Positions 1 through 11,368 of a stretch of DNA of 64,000 nucleotides are shown piece after piece. Origin of the DNA: Minutocellus sp. GHC0000111 (Eukaryota); assembly GCA_977018835.1 (NCBI GenBank), contig OZ361258.1, positions 2,976,001 to 3,040,000 of the forward strand. Direction: 5' to 3'. Under the pieces are notes generated by a model. That model was not told where the DNA came from and made no database searches. It saw only the letters and a list, made by a program, of their open reading frames with translations. The first letter of the stretch is position 1. Each line of letters starts with the position of its first letter. The position numbers and the translations under genes are program-made.

Positions 1-2259
1 TTCGGAGGGTATAGCCGATGGCGCATTCGACAGGCTCGGCGTGGAGGAGGGTGCACTAGAAGGCACCGATGATGGCTCACTTGACATGCTGGGCATGGTG
101 GAAACGGACGGCATTTCGCTTGGGATATCGGAGGGCACGTCAGATGGAGAAGTCGATGGGATGTCAGATGGTTGAACACTGGGAGATTGGCTTGGGCGTT
201 GGGAAGGTCCGGCCGAAGGAGCCTGTGAGATACTTGGCGTGGCCGACGGCTCCGATGATGGTATATTGGAAGGCTCGCTGGACGGATCTGACGATGGTTC
301 CGAGCTGGGAAGCGAGGAGGGTGCAGAAGAAACACTTGGCATGGAAGAAGGAGCAGTGCTGGGTTCGCTCGAAGGTTCCGATGAAATGCTCGGCATGGAC
401 GATATGGTTGGCCCTGCTGATGGTTCCGACGACACAGTCGGATTAGAAGAGGGTGCCTGGCTCGGGCTAGTCGAGGGGAGAGCGCTTGGGACACCCGATG
501 GAGACGATGATGGTGCCAAGCTGGGGCTCGACGATGGAGTCAGGCTACATGTAGGAGGCAACAATTTCGATAGGAGAAAGAGAAGAGGGTCGTAAGGGCC
601 CATTGCGTGTGCATGATTTTGAGAAAAAATATTCAGGAAATGTATAAGAGACTGCTCAGAGCGATTGCAATTTGTCCACAAACATATCTGAAAGATCTCG
701 TTTATTGTTTGGCATCTTTCGGTCGGGAGAGTATGCTATGAGTAGGAGCAGAGCATGACAAACAAATGAACTGAAACTTGAAAATATCCACTATATATAT
801 ATGAGTCTCACCTGGGCGTGCTCGATGGAGATCCGGATGGCTCTGATGAAATGCTCGGCATCGACGAAATGGTGGGACCTGCCGAAGGTTCCGACGAAAC
901 AGTCGGGTTGGACGAGGGTGCCTGGCTCGGGTCGGCCGATGGAGACAGGCTGGGAATATCTGACGGCTCTCCAGAAGGAGTCAAACTTGGGCTGGAGGTG
1001 GGACTAAGACTAGGCACAACCGATGGTGACGCAGAAGGCTCCAAGCTGGGAAGGTCCGAGGGCGATGAGCTTGGCGCTGAAGATGTCGTGGGAACATTCG
1101 ATGGAGATGCGCTCGGCGATGAGGAGGGCTCGGATGTCGGGATACTCGAAGGCGATGCGCTTGGAGCGCTCGTGGGAGAGTCGCTGGGAATTACAGAAGG
1201 ACTGCTCGAGGGCACTGCGCTTGGAGCGCTCGTGGGCGACGAGCTCGGATGTCCAGTGGGACTCGCCGAGGGCGACGCACTCGGGCTCGCGCTAGGGCTG
1301 CTCGACGGCACATCTGTTGGACTTGCGCTGGGGCTGCTCGACGGCACATCTGTTGGACTGGAGCTTGGGCTTTCGGTGTCGCATGGGATGGGATACCAGA
1401 GCGTGTCAGGGCTCGTCTGAGAAAAACCATTGGCAAAGATCTGCCACAGAGCATTCTGATCACCATGACCGTCTCGGAACTTGACAATGACGTCGCTGGG
1501 TCTGTAATTCTGCGTATCGGCGACAATCTTGAGACGGGCAAGGTTCGAATCACTTCCAGCACCTGGGCCGATGAGATAATACAGGCAATCTTCATAAACG
1601 ACACGAAGATATGCCACGTTGGGATACCGCTCGCCGATGCAGAGACTTGTAGCGCCAGGGAACCACCGATAGACGGGATAGGCAGGCTGGTCCTCCCTCC
1701 AAAGCATCAGATACGTCTTATCAATATGATGTCTGATGCCAAACTGCCATCCATCCTTGCAGATGCCCTGTCCGGCGCCGATGCATTGCTCTTGTCCAAA
1801 ATTTTCGACCTGCATGGCACCGCCATACGGGCAGGTGATGGACGGCCACCACTTTCCTCGGACGCCACCGGCGCCAGAATCGGCATGCCAGTTGAGACTG
1901 TCAGGGCTGACAGTTTGGGTGGGAAAGATGGCAGAAGTCGGCCCGCCGTCGGTGCTTTCGCCGAAGGGATCCTTGAAGAGATATTCCTTCCACTGGGTGA
2001 TGGGCTCCTTTGCAGTGGCTTTGACGATTGCATCGGGCCAGGACCAGGAGGCAGAGCCATCGGTGCCGGCGACAGTACCGGCTACATTCGGTTCGATGGA
2101 AACAATGCTGTCGGTTCCGATAGGTTGTTGATTTTCAGGGCTGGGATCGACATCGCTGACTTCGATGGCATGGACGCCATAATGGCCAACTGAAATCGCA
2201 AGACTCGCGGCGGCCGCGAAGAGCCACGACGAGGCTGCAGCAGCTGCAAATCTAGCCAT
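1..2259 (-). CDS. Secreted mucin-like protein (signal peptide, Cys/Trp-rich N-terminal domain, long PSSSP stalk); exons 2259-812 and 544-<1; runs off the window
   Basis: Hydrophobic N-terminus MARFAAAAASSWLFAAAASLAISVG. GTGAG donor at 811 and AG acceptor at 546-545; the phase-2 join continues in frame as SLTPSSSPSLAPSS. N-terminal domain is near-identical to that of 4685-8530. Confidence 0.85.
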
Positions 2260-4030
2260 GGTGATCGGCAGTTTGAACTGGACTATGAGTCAATCTCCAA
2301 CCAGTAGCAACCAATACAAGCAAATACAGAGGAAACGGATGCGTCTCACGGTAACGAACAAAGTAAGCGGCGGTGTGTGCCGGTTCGTCCAACAAGGTCC
2401 AACAAGCTGCGACCGTTTACGTTTTGTTTCGCGATGGCGGCAATGCCGGCGCGCATCACGGCGCTCTGTTATTGTAACCCGGAAATTAATATAGGCGTTT
2501 GGCACAATCGCTGAAAAAAATGACGATCCGCTGCCGCGCCGCCTCCGGAGAAGCGGAATAGCATGGCGATCGCTAGAGAATTGGTCTATCGAATGATTTA
2601 AAATGTTTGGCAATGCCATCGACTTGCAAATGATACCTTTCGATAGGCCAAATCGCGTTACTTTTCCCCATTTTTTTCGCGAAATCTACAATTGTAAAAC
2701 GGGAAATTCCTCCCCTCACGTCTTTCGACCGGCCCCCTCCTGGTAGTGGATGATGGTGGTTTGAGACTGTTGTACCGCCATTGAGAGCGACTGGAGGGGG
2801 CAACATAGCAATATGTGTGCATAGATACCATTTTTGGGCAGTTGAGTCGGCCCCACCTCTGCATTCTTGTGCATTTGTTCGCCACGAACATGACGACTCG
2901 ACTCAACGTCGAATCTCTCGACGTGGGCCCCACCGCACCAGGAGCCGGATCGTGGAGAATGAGGTAATATACCGTCGTGGAGACCTATCGAAGAGTCTTG
3001 CTTGCCCGTCAGTGTGCGTATGAATTGTTTTGGCTCGTTGCATAGGCCTCCACAACATGTTTTGGTGCCCTCACTCCGCGCCAATGGTTCGCTACGGGGC
3101 AGGTTCTGGGAGGTTTGTACCAGTTGGGGTTGGAGGTAGTTCGTTGGCTTGAAAATCAACCCAACTGCCGATTTTTTGCTTTGGAGACATCCTAAGGATA
3201 TAGGTGGTGGTGCCAAAGCAGTCTGCATTGGAAAATCATGTCAATTTCGCTCATGGTCGTCGATGCAGTAAAATTTTGCGTTCTTGTAGGTTGAATTTTG
3301 CCTCCCGATTGGACCTACCGGTACCGACAATGTCGATCTGGAGACTCTTTTCATACTTCTATTGATTATATCAGTGCAATAAATGTATGGGGCCGTTGAA
3401 AATCGGCTGTTGGAAAAAAGAAAGTGTTGGCAACATGTCTTCATGGCGAATGTGGAATGTCTGGATGAAAAAACGGGCTGGAAGCAGAGGCGCCTTGAAT
3501 CACAGATGTACCTAGGTAGAATTGATATCATTCGCCCCATGCATGGAAATTCGAAATCAGCCCCATGCGAATGCATCCTGGTATTGTATAGCTTTTGGTA
3601 TTTGATGAGTTGGATTGGGTTGCTGTGAGTGATGGGTATAAATTTATTGATTGCATCCAAAGTTTTGGGGCCTGCATCAAAGTTGCCGGAGGTCAACCTT
3701 CCTGGCCGAGGAAGATGAAAAATCGGCATGCCGACACAACCAAGAGTATTCTATTCGGTGTAGTTCCACTATGTGTGTACGTGAGAAGGTGTGTTTTGGT
3801 GGTGATCTAAATTTGTTCACTTTATGAAGCACAGTAGTCACAACCATCTGTGGCAGGGCTGCCGCCGACCCCGATCTTACTCTAAGATGTTAGTAACGTC
3901 TAGAAATAGCTATTTTAGTCATTCCACTACAACTACTGCGCATAGAATCCCACTAGATATATATCCCGATGCGGCTTTATGTGAGTGTTATTCAATTCGT
4001 GATTATTTGTTGAGGTATAAGCCCTGACTC

Positions 4031-4271
4031 TTCGTGGAGGTCAACGACCACCGCGATTCACGATGAAATCGTCGAATTTGCACATCGATTTGCCTCCATT
4101 ACTTTCCATACCGGTACAAAGGACCTTCCATGAGCATAGAGGTCGCTCAGGTATATTGAAGACCGTTGAATGATACCCTTCCCATTGAGTAGTTGTAATT
4201 CATTCTCGTCCAGTACCATCATTGGTATTTCGAATCATCACCCCGCGAAATCTGGCGTCGACCTCCACGAA
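4031..4271. mobile_element. Possible short MITE
   Basis: Inverted termini TTCGTGGAGGTC (4031) and GACCTCCACGAA (4260-4271), with imperfect extension inward. Non-coding interior; no clear target-site duplication. Confidence 0.4.
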
Positions 4272-4684
4272 ACATTGCGACGCTCACGAAACCACCAATC
4301 GTTGCAGTAGCCCCGCGAAATTTTCATCAATGAGCCACCTCATGTCTTGTGTAGGTGGGAATATGGTACTGATGCAGTGAATGGACGCGCATGGGCCCAA
4401 ACTATCGTCGCGTTGGTAATTTTGACCTTTCAGACGACAAAACTTACCTAGGTACAGTTTTGGTTTTCCTAATCTTTGTGTGAGAATACAATGGGTTACA
4501 AATACCAGCAAAATGAATGTTGCGTTTGCACGGTGATCATAAACCCTGACCCTCCGTGGAAAAATCTACTAAAGCACATGAATTTCTCTAAGCTTACGAC
4601 GTAGTGCCAAATTTTGGACTGGATTGACATATAATCATAACATAAACGTTAGGTCGGTGGCTTCAAATCTTTGGTCTCACTTGT

Positions 4685-7600
4685 TCATTCATCGCCGCCG
4701 CCGGTGTCGCCCTCATAGTTGCTGTCCTCTTCTTCACTCTGCAGTCCTTCCGCCTGGATCCTTTTAAACTCCCAAAGTTCATCTTCGGTCATCTCGTCTG
4801 CACCACCTGTACTTGGCTTTGCATCATTTAAGAAATTCTCAGAAGCCGCGAGACTAGATGCTTCCCCCGACCCCAAAGGAGTGGAGGAGGAAGAGGAAGT
4901 GCTGCATTTCCTGTAGGCAATTTCTCCATTCCAAGATCTTGGAGTAAAACGGGAACCAGCAAATGCGGGCAGCGACCTACCGATACCTGTCAAGACTTGC
5001 AGCGATTCATCCTGAGATAGTAGTCCGCCTTCTGTAACTCCATTTCTGTAACGCATATCACCCGACTCGAGGTACACATAAAATGACCGTGTTTCTCCCG
5101 CGCTCAGCATGAACGAAACAGTGAAAGAATTTTCTGGAACAAATGTGGGCACATCCGCCCCAGCCGAGATCACATCAAGTCTGCCCCACTGAGTCCAAGC
5201 AGACGAGTTTGTTTCGAATCCAACGTAGGAGCCACTTTTTGTAAATACAACAAGAGTCTGCAATGATCCGGCAGTTCCAATGTTCACGCTCTTGATACCG
5301 GTAATCTCAATTTTCTCCTTTGCGGTTACATCAAACATGTTTCCTGATTGTCCATTGTTGGAATTGAAGGTAGTGAGAATAGACGTATCAGTACAGCTAG
5401 TCGGTGCCGACGATACCGTCGGAGCCGCCGACAGTGATGGCAAATTCGAAGGTTCCAGTGAACGCGAAGGGCTTATGGAAGGAGCTTGTGATGATGACGG
5501 TTCAAATGAGAGTGATGGACTGACTGAAGGGAGATTACTTGGCATTAAGCTTGGTTCAGAGGATGTTGAGGGCATATTAGACGGAGGGCTGCTCGGCAGC
5601 GTGCTTGGGGATGTAGAGAAAGTACCACAAGCTTCATCGACTTGAAATTGGATATAGGCAGTATTGTTGCCACAGAAGATATCAACCTCATTAGAGGCGT
5701 CCATGAGGATGGGTAGAATGCCGTTGCCTTCTTCGACCCATGAATTGTATGTTTCGACAGGAATGACGAACGTTTCCTCTAAGAAGAAAGTACTGCATTG
5801 CGGCGAGCCGCCTTCATTTCGGCCGATGCGAGGAAGAGACGCTTGCCCAGAAGTACTATTCACCCAAAAGAAATCGGCATATTCAGATCCTCCATTGTAA
5901 TCACCCCTGATAAAAGTTCGTAGCTCAACATAGAATGTAGCTATGGGCATCGATTTGAGGATAAACACAATATCCCCCCCGGCTTCCTTTAGTTCCATTT
6001 CTGGTGATGGAAGACAAGAGACCGCCGTCGGTTGCGATGAGGTTGATGGTGGACTCGAAGGGCTGCTGCTCGACGAACTTGGAGCAAATGACTGCGATGA
6101 TTTACTAGAAGGCTCAAATGAAAGGGAAGGCAAAATAGAAGGAGTTGAGCTCGGCGATTGGCTTGGACGCAATGAAAATGTGGGTATTTCACTTGGGACA
6201 TCGCTCGGCGAAGAGCTTGGTGCAAGTGATATGGAAGGAGAATCGGAAGGAGCCGGTGATGAGCTAGGAGACTGCGAGGCTGTAGGTTTGGAAGATGGAG
6301 TAGCACTGGGCAAAGAGCTTGGTGCATTTGAGAAAGTACCGCATCCCTCATCAATCTGGAACTGAATGAACGCTTCCGCATATGTTGGACCGCATACGTT
6401 CACTGAACCAGGAGTGTCCATATAGATCGGGATGGTACCGTTGCCCTCTTGAACCCATGAGTTGTAAGTATCGACAGAAACGACGAAGGCCTGTTGGAAG
6501 TAGTCGATCTCGCAGTCTCCGCCGCCGCCATTTCGCCCAATGAAGTTGTCCTGGTTCGCTGGCGGCGGCAGTGGTTCCGTGGCGTTGACCCAGAAGAAGT
6601 CAGCAAACTCAGAGTTCGAAGAAAAATCTCCTCTGACAAAAGTGCGCAGCTCGACGTAGAAGGAAGCCAGCGGCATCGACGTGAGGGCGAAGGTGAGGCT
6701 ACCCCCAGGCGTTCCTGTGTCCATGGTTGGCGATGGAAGACACGAGGCTGCCGTCGGTTGCGATGAGATTGATGGCTCACTCGAGGGCTCTGCCGAGAGG
6801 GAAGGCTCATTTGAAGGTTCCAAGCTCGGCGACGAACTTGGAGCGAGTGTTGTGGAAGGCACGTTGGACGGACGGCTGCTTGGCGACGAGCTTGGCGCAT
6901 TGGAGAAAGTACCACATCCCTCGTCAACCTGGATTTGGATGTAGGCCTCAGCATAGGGGTCACAAACATTCACATCATCGGTCGTCTGCATATAGATCGG
7001 GATGGTACCGTTGCCTTCTTGAACCCACGCGTAATAAGTGTCAACTGGAATGGCAAAGGCTTCTTGGTGATAAACGGGGTCACAATCGATCCCATTACCT
7101 CCATCATTTATTCCGATGAAGTTGTCCGGATTTAATCCAATCGGCGGCGGCAATGGTTCTGTACCATTGATCCAAGAAAAAGTAGCAAACTCGCTTGGCT
7201 GGCCGAAATCTCCCCTAACAAAAGTGCGCAGCTCGACGTAGAAAACAGCCAGCGGCATTGACGTGAGGGTGAAGGTGAGGCTGCCACCGGCATTTGTGCC
7301 AATATTCATTGTTGGCGATGGAAGACAAGAGGCTGCCGTTGGCTGAGACGATATTGATGGCTCACTCGAAGGAGTACTGGTCGGAGACGAACTTGGCGAC
7401 GAAGACGGCTCTGATGTCGGACTACTCGACGGCGATGTGCTCGGAGCGCTGGAAGGCGATGCAGAAGGCAACGAGGAGGGCAAAGAACTAGGACTGCTCG
7501 ATGGTGATCCAGATGGACTTGACGATGGCGACGAGCTTGGGCTTGCACTGGGACTGCTCGAGGGCGACGCACTCGGGCTTGCGCTGGGACTACTCGATGG

Positions 7601-8530
7601 CAATGCACTCGGACTAGACGAAGGTTTCATCGAAATAGTTGGAGTGGCGGAGGGAGATGAGCTTGGGCTTTCGGTGTCGCATAGGATGGGATACCAGAGA
7701 GCGTCAGGGCTCGTCCGAGAAAAACCGTTGGCAAAGATCTGCCACAGAGCATTCTGGTCACCTGGACCGTCTCGGAACTTGACGATGACATCATCGGGCT
7801 TGTACCGCTGATTGCCGGCAACGATTTTGAGACGAGCGAGATTGTCAGCACTTCCAGCACCGGGACCGATCAGATAATACAGGCAATCTTCGTAAACAAC
7901 ACGAAGATATGCCACGTTGGGATACCGCTCGCCGATGCAGAGACTTGTAGCGCCAGGGAACCACTTGTAGACCGGGTTCATGGGTTCCTCCTCTCGCCAA
8001 AGCATCAGATACGTCTTATCAATATGATGTCTGATGCCAAACTGCCATCCATCCTTGCAGATGCCCTGTCCGACGCCGATGCATTGCTCTTGACCAAAAT
8101 TGTCAACGTCCATAGATCCACCATACGGGCAGGTGATGGAGGGCCACCACACCTTACTTCCTCGCACAGTACCACCACCGATATTACCACCCTTCCAGTT
8201 GACTTGGTAGTCGCCATGCTTTTTCGGCTCACGGAGAGGAAAGATGGCGGCGGTAGATCCAACGTCGTCCTCCGCACCGAAGGGATCCTTGAAGAGATAT
8301 TCCTTCCACTCGGTGATGGGTTCGTTGCCGGTCGCCTTGGCGATGGCTTCTGGCAGAGACCAGACGGAGCTGTCAACTTTCTCGTTATTAACGATTTCGA
8401 CGCTCGATTCTGGCTCCTTTGTGTTTGTCTCGACGGGATCGGGAGTAGCCCCACCACCATGCTGGCCGACAGTGATCGCCAAGAGACCGGCGGCTAGAAG
8501 CCACGAGGCCGGGGCGACACATCGGACCAT
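4685..8530 (-). CDS. Secreted modular mucin-like protein, 1281 aa: shared N-terminal domain, three ~140-aa Cys-bounded repeats, S/P stalks, C-terminal GNMFDV...PRxWNG module
   Basis: Intact ORF with signal-peptide-like start and repeated SCLPSP...FYVELRTFxRGD...WVxEGNG...CGTFS units. Confidence 0.9.
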   Translation of the reverse strand: MVRCVAPASWLLAAGLLAITVGQHGGGATPDPVETNTKEPESSVEIVNNEKVDSSVWSLPEAIAKATGNEPITEWKEYLFKDPFGAEDDVGSTAAIFPLREPKKHGDYQVNWKGGNIGGGTVRGSKVWWPSITCPYGGSMDVDNFGQEQCIGVGQGICKDGWQFGIRHHIDKTYLMLWREEEPMNPVYKWFPGATSLCIGERYPNVAYLRVVYEDCLYYLIGPGAGSADNLARLKIVAGNQRYKPDDVIVKFRDGPGDQNALWQIFANGFSRTSPDALWYPILCDTESPSSSPSATPTISMKPSSSPSALPSSSPSASPSASPSSSPSASPSSSPSSSPSGSPSSSPSSLPSSLPSASPSSAPSTSPSSSPTSEPSSSPSSSPTSTPSSEPSISSQPTAASCLPSPTMNIGTNAGGSLTFTLTSMPLAVFYVELRTFVRGDFGQPSEFATFSWINGTEPLPPPIGLNPDNFIGINDGGNGIDCDPVYHQEAFAIPVDTYYAWVQEGNGTIPIYMQTTDDVNVCDPYAEAYIQIQVDEGCGTFSNAPSSSPSSRPSNVPSTTLAPSSSPSLEPSNEPSLSAEPSSEPSISSQPTAASCLPSPTMDTGTPGGSLTFALTSMPLASFYVELRTFVRGDFSSNSEFADFFWVNATEPLPPPANQDNFIGRNGGGGDCEIDYFQQAFVVSVDTYNSWVQEGNGTIPIYMDTPGSVNVCGPTYAEAFIQFQIDEGCGTFSNAPSSLPSATPSSKPTASQSPSSSPAPSDSPSISLAPSSSPSDVPSEIPTFSLRPSQSPSSTPSILPSLSFEPSSKSSQSFAPSSSSSSPSSPPSTSSQPTAVSCLPSPEMELKEAGGDIVFILKSMPIATFYVELRTFIRGDYNGGSEYADFFWVNSTSGQASLPRIGRNEGGSPQCSTFFLEETFVIPVETYNSWVEEGNGILPILMDASNEVDIFCGNNTAYIQFQVDEACGTFSTSPSTLPSSPPSNMPSTSSEPSLMPSNLPSVSPSLSFEPSSSQAPSISPSRSLEPSNLPSLSAAPTVSSAPTSCTDTSILTTFNSNNGQSGNMFDVTAKEKIEITGIKSVNIGTAGSLQTLVVFTKSGSYVGFETNSSAWTQWGRLDVISAGADVPTFVPENSFTVSFMLSAGETRSFYVYLESGDMRYRNGVTEGGLLSQDESLQVLTGIGRSLPAFAGSRFTPRSWNGEIAYRKCSTSSSSSTPLGSGEASSLAASENFLNDAKPSTGGADEMTEDELWEFKRIQAEGLQSEEEDSNYEGDTGGGDE

Positions 8531-8996
8531 GGCTCTCAGTCAGTCGACAATTCCAAAGATGAATCTTTTGACCGACCGAATGCTTTTTTTTCTGTTTTCC
8601 CTCGCTCGAGAAAGTACAGGCCAGGCACTTGCTTTACGCACTGCCAGGACGTTCTGCTTTCACATCGCTCACTTACTTCGCGATCCTTTCTCATCTTGAC
8701 ATGTTTGCTCCTGCTTATTGGCGAGACGTCCAACCAAACAACCACCACATGCAGCAAAGCCCGGCCAGCTCGCCATCAGCACTCCCTTTATTTCGTCTGT
8801 CCTTCGCTTCTCCTAATCCATTTGTTTAGTCTGTCCGTCGTTCTGCTCGGGAGGAAAATCGTCACAAGATGTGCTGTTTTGCCGCCTGAGAAGATACGCC
8901 ACCAGCACTCATTCAGGAGCACCACTCGCGACGCGATACTATTCACCTTGCATTGAAGCTTGTTCTTTGTCTTTGTGCTCCTAAAAGTTTTCCAAG

Positions 8997-9878
8997 ATGT
9001 CTTCTGCAGCTGTCATGATCGGAGGACCAGAAAACGACGCCGCGTCCGGACATGCCGACGAAGGGCAGGACCAGCAACAGGAGCCTTTGGTGTTGGACTC
9101 CCTCCCCTACATCGACTATTCGCATCCGGACTACGAGGCATACGCGGCGTCGCTCATTGAAGAGGAGATGTCAAAGTTTCGGCCCCATCCCGACACGATA
9201 TCTCTGCCCCACCTCGGCCGAAATGTGCTGGACGACGGACCTCGGTTCGGACGACGCACAGATGCAAATGCTGCTAACGCAAGCAGCACAGATGGTGGTG
9301 AGGCATCATGCTCGATCAACCAGAGAGAATATGCCGCGCTGGTAGCACGAGGCGGCGCCCCCCGACCAGTGACTGAGGCCCACGTTCCATCCTCCACGCA
9401 CAGCACCGACCTGCCGGCTCTGGGGGAAGACGACGGCACAATATTATCCGCCGAGCAGTTCCGACAATCCATCGATCGGGCCAAGGTGGCATTGGAACAT
9501 CATCGGTCCCGCCTGACCAACCTGGAACTGCAGTCGGAATTCGAATCGGCGCTGTGGAAGCATGCCAACGCCGCCCTGGAGCGGGGGGCGGTGGCCGCCC
9601 TGTCGGACGGCCTCACCGTCCAGCGGGCGCGGGTCGACGACGTCAACGCCCGGCGCAAGACGATGCAGGAGGAGGAGGCGGCACCGAAGCTGAATCGGCT
9701 GGGGGCGCGGTGGGAGGAGCTGGTGGGGAACAACATGCGACTTTCCGAGGCCACGAGGCTGCTGCAAGAGGAGGTGGCAAGGTTGAGGAGTGAGGCCGGG
9801 GAGGCGGAGGAAGTTAAAGTTGAGGAGGGCCAGAGCCAGGGCAACGGCGATGACGATATGATGGAGGTGGAAAATTAA
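8997..9878 (+). CDS. SPF27: Pre-mRNA splicing factor SPF27/BCAS2
   Basis: LDSLPYID...LIEEEM N-terminal motif; RLTNLEL...W and VNARRK.Q...L..L..RW.ELV..N coiled-coil C-terminus. Confidence 0.85.
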   Translation: MSSAAVMIGGPENDAASGHADEGQDQQQEPLVLDSLPYIDYSHPDYEAYAASLIEEEMSKFRPHPDTISLPHLGRNVLDDGPRFGRRTDANAANASSTDGGEASCSINQREYAALVARGGAPRPVTEAHVPSSTHSTDLPALGEDDGTILSAEQFRQSIDRAKVALEHHRSRLTNLELQSEFESALWKHANAALERGAVAALSDGLTVQRARVDDVNARRKTMQEEEAAPKLNRLGARWEELVGNNMRLSEATRLLQEEVARLRSEAGEAEEVKVEEGQSQGNGDDDMMEVEN

Positions 9879-9998
9879 TGATTAGGCACTAAACTCTTAC
9901 GTAGCTAGTAGGCCTACTTATTGATGAGTAAGTGGTGTCGCTATTATGATAGATGAAATGAAGATAGTTCTTTGTGCACGTGATAGTGAAAAAAAATA

Positions 9999-11054
9999 TC
10001 AGAGCGCATCATCCATCCTCCAGGCACCACCAAAAGCCTTGCCTCCCTCTGGATAGTCCCCAACGCTGGCACTGAACGAAAGTGGATCAAAGTTCATGTT
10101 TACGACAGCGCCGTGCACCTCCCATGCCTCCACTTCGGTGTTGCGATGATGAAAGAAGGATCGGGTTGGACCAAGACGACGGCGGAGGTGCTTGTTATCA
10201 GTATCGTCATCGTCGTTTACACTGTCATCATCAGTTTCGCCATATTCATCGACCTCATCGTGGTCATCATACTTCCTATCTACAGCCCCGGCCTCTGGAC
10301 TATTGTAGACAAACTTGATCTGATACGTAGAATCATAATCGGACTGAGCAAATTGATATGGACAACCATTGTAAGGCCCACAACCAAACTCTTGCGCGAG
10401 GGTCGGAATATCGTGGTCCCAGCTCACAACAATCAATTTGCCGCACAAATTTCCCTTTCTCAAATCGTTGAATATCGCCTTTGCGAGACGACGCTCGTCA
10501 CCGACTGAAATTGCGGTCTTGACCATCACCTTGATCTGTTCGGCAAGCGGTTCCAACGTATCGGCTTGCCAAAACTTCATGTTGTCCGAACCAGGGCGGA
10601 TTGGGTCCATTGCATACAGTCGAGCTGGAGCCGGCCACCGAGCCCCGTCGCCAAAGAGAGTTGCCAGATAATTCGCCCGTTCCAGGCCAAGATAGCCGCA
10701 GTACTCATTCTTCTCCCTGTCGCGTCTAGCAAAGTAGCGTTCGCAATGTCGCATCAGGATAACGGTCGCTTCGCACCCCGGCCGCACCGGCTTCTTGGTC
10801 TTGCGACTGGTGAGATTCTCGATCAGGGCCTCGTTGGCCAGGTGGCTGTAATACAAGTCCGGATCTGTCTCCGACAAGGGTCTACGAAAGGTGTGCCCCG
10901 ACGAAACGAACACCACCAGGGCGGCCGCAATCATCATCAGGACGACCGCACCAATCCCCACAGCAGGGAGCATCTTCCTCATCTTGACTCGCTTCCTGGC
11001 CTTCTCTCGATGGGAGTTGAGGGGCTGCGTTTCCGAGATGGGTTGGTAGTTCAT
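9999..11054 (-). CDS. Type II membrane protein, histidine-phosphatase-superfamily-like
   Basis: TM segment LPAVGIGAVVLMMIAAALVVFV; TVILMRHCE (RHG-like), G..RA..L, TLEPLA, IVVSWDH.IP motifs. First ATG at 11054. Confidence 0.6.
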   Translation of the reverse strand: MNYQPISETQPLNSHREKARKRVKMRKMLPAVGIGAVVLMMIAAALVVFVSSGHTFRRPLSETDPDLYYSHLANEALIENLTSRKTKKPVRPGCEATVILMRHCERYFARRDREKNEYCGYLGLERANYLATLFGDGARWPAPARLYAMDPIRPGSDNMKFWQADTLEPLAEQIKVMVKTAISVGDERRLAKAIFNDLRKGNLCGKLIVVSWDHDIPTLAQEFGCGPYNGCPYQFAQSDYDSTYQIKFVYNSPEAGAVDRKYDDHDEVDEYGETDDDSVNDDDDTDNKHLRRRLGPTRSFFHHRNTEVEAWEVHGAVVNMNFDPLSFSASVGDYPEGGKAFGGAWRMDDAL

Positions 11055-11368
11055 GGTTTTGGCATGTGCGTAAAAGGTCTTGTCTTCGATGCGACCACTG
11101 CACTGCGGCTGCTGAGATCTGCGATGATCTTCAGTGATGATGTTGCCTTTCGCTCGATCGCCTGATGATATCTGATTGTTGGTCACTAGTTTTAGTCTAT
11201 ATTAGTGCCACCTCCTTAGAGATGGGCGGCCGGCCTCTGAACTCCTGCATTAGATCTAGATCTAACACGAGAGCCCCGAGATCCGGAAGAATTCAAATTC
11301 GCTGGTATTAATGACCACGGTTGTGAGTCATTAGCATGGCTATCTCTAGTGGCATTCCTCGAAGCACT

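Noticed and set aside
2290..4030. Short ORFs between the mucin-like paralogs
   Set aside because: No recognisable motifs or consistent coding bias; possibly old repeat debris, but unsupported.
69..8699. Many plus-strand G/D/E/L-rich ORFs (e.g. 818-1420, 1249-2193, 7437-7811)
   Set aside because: Antisense shadows of the S/P-rich minus-strand genes.
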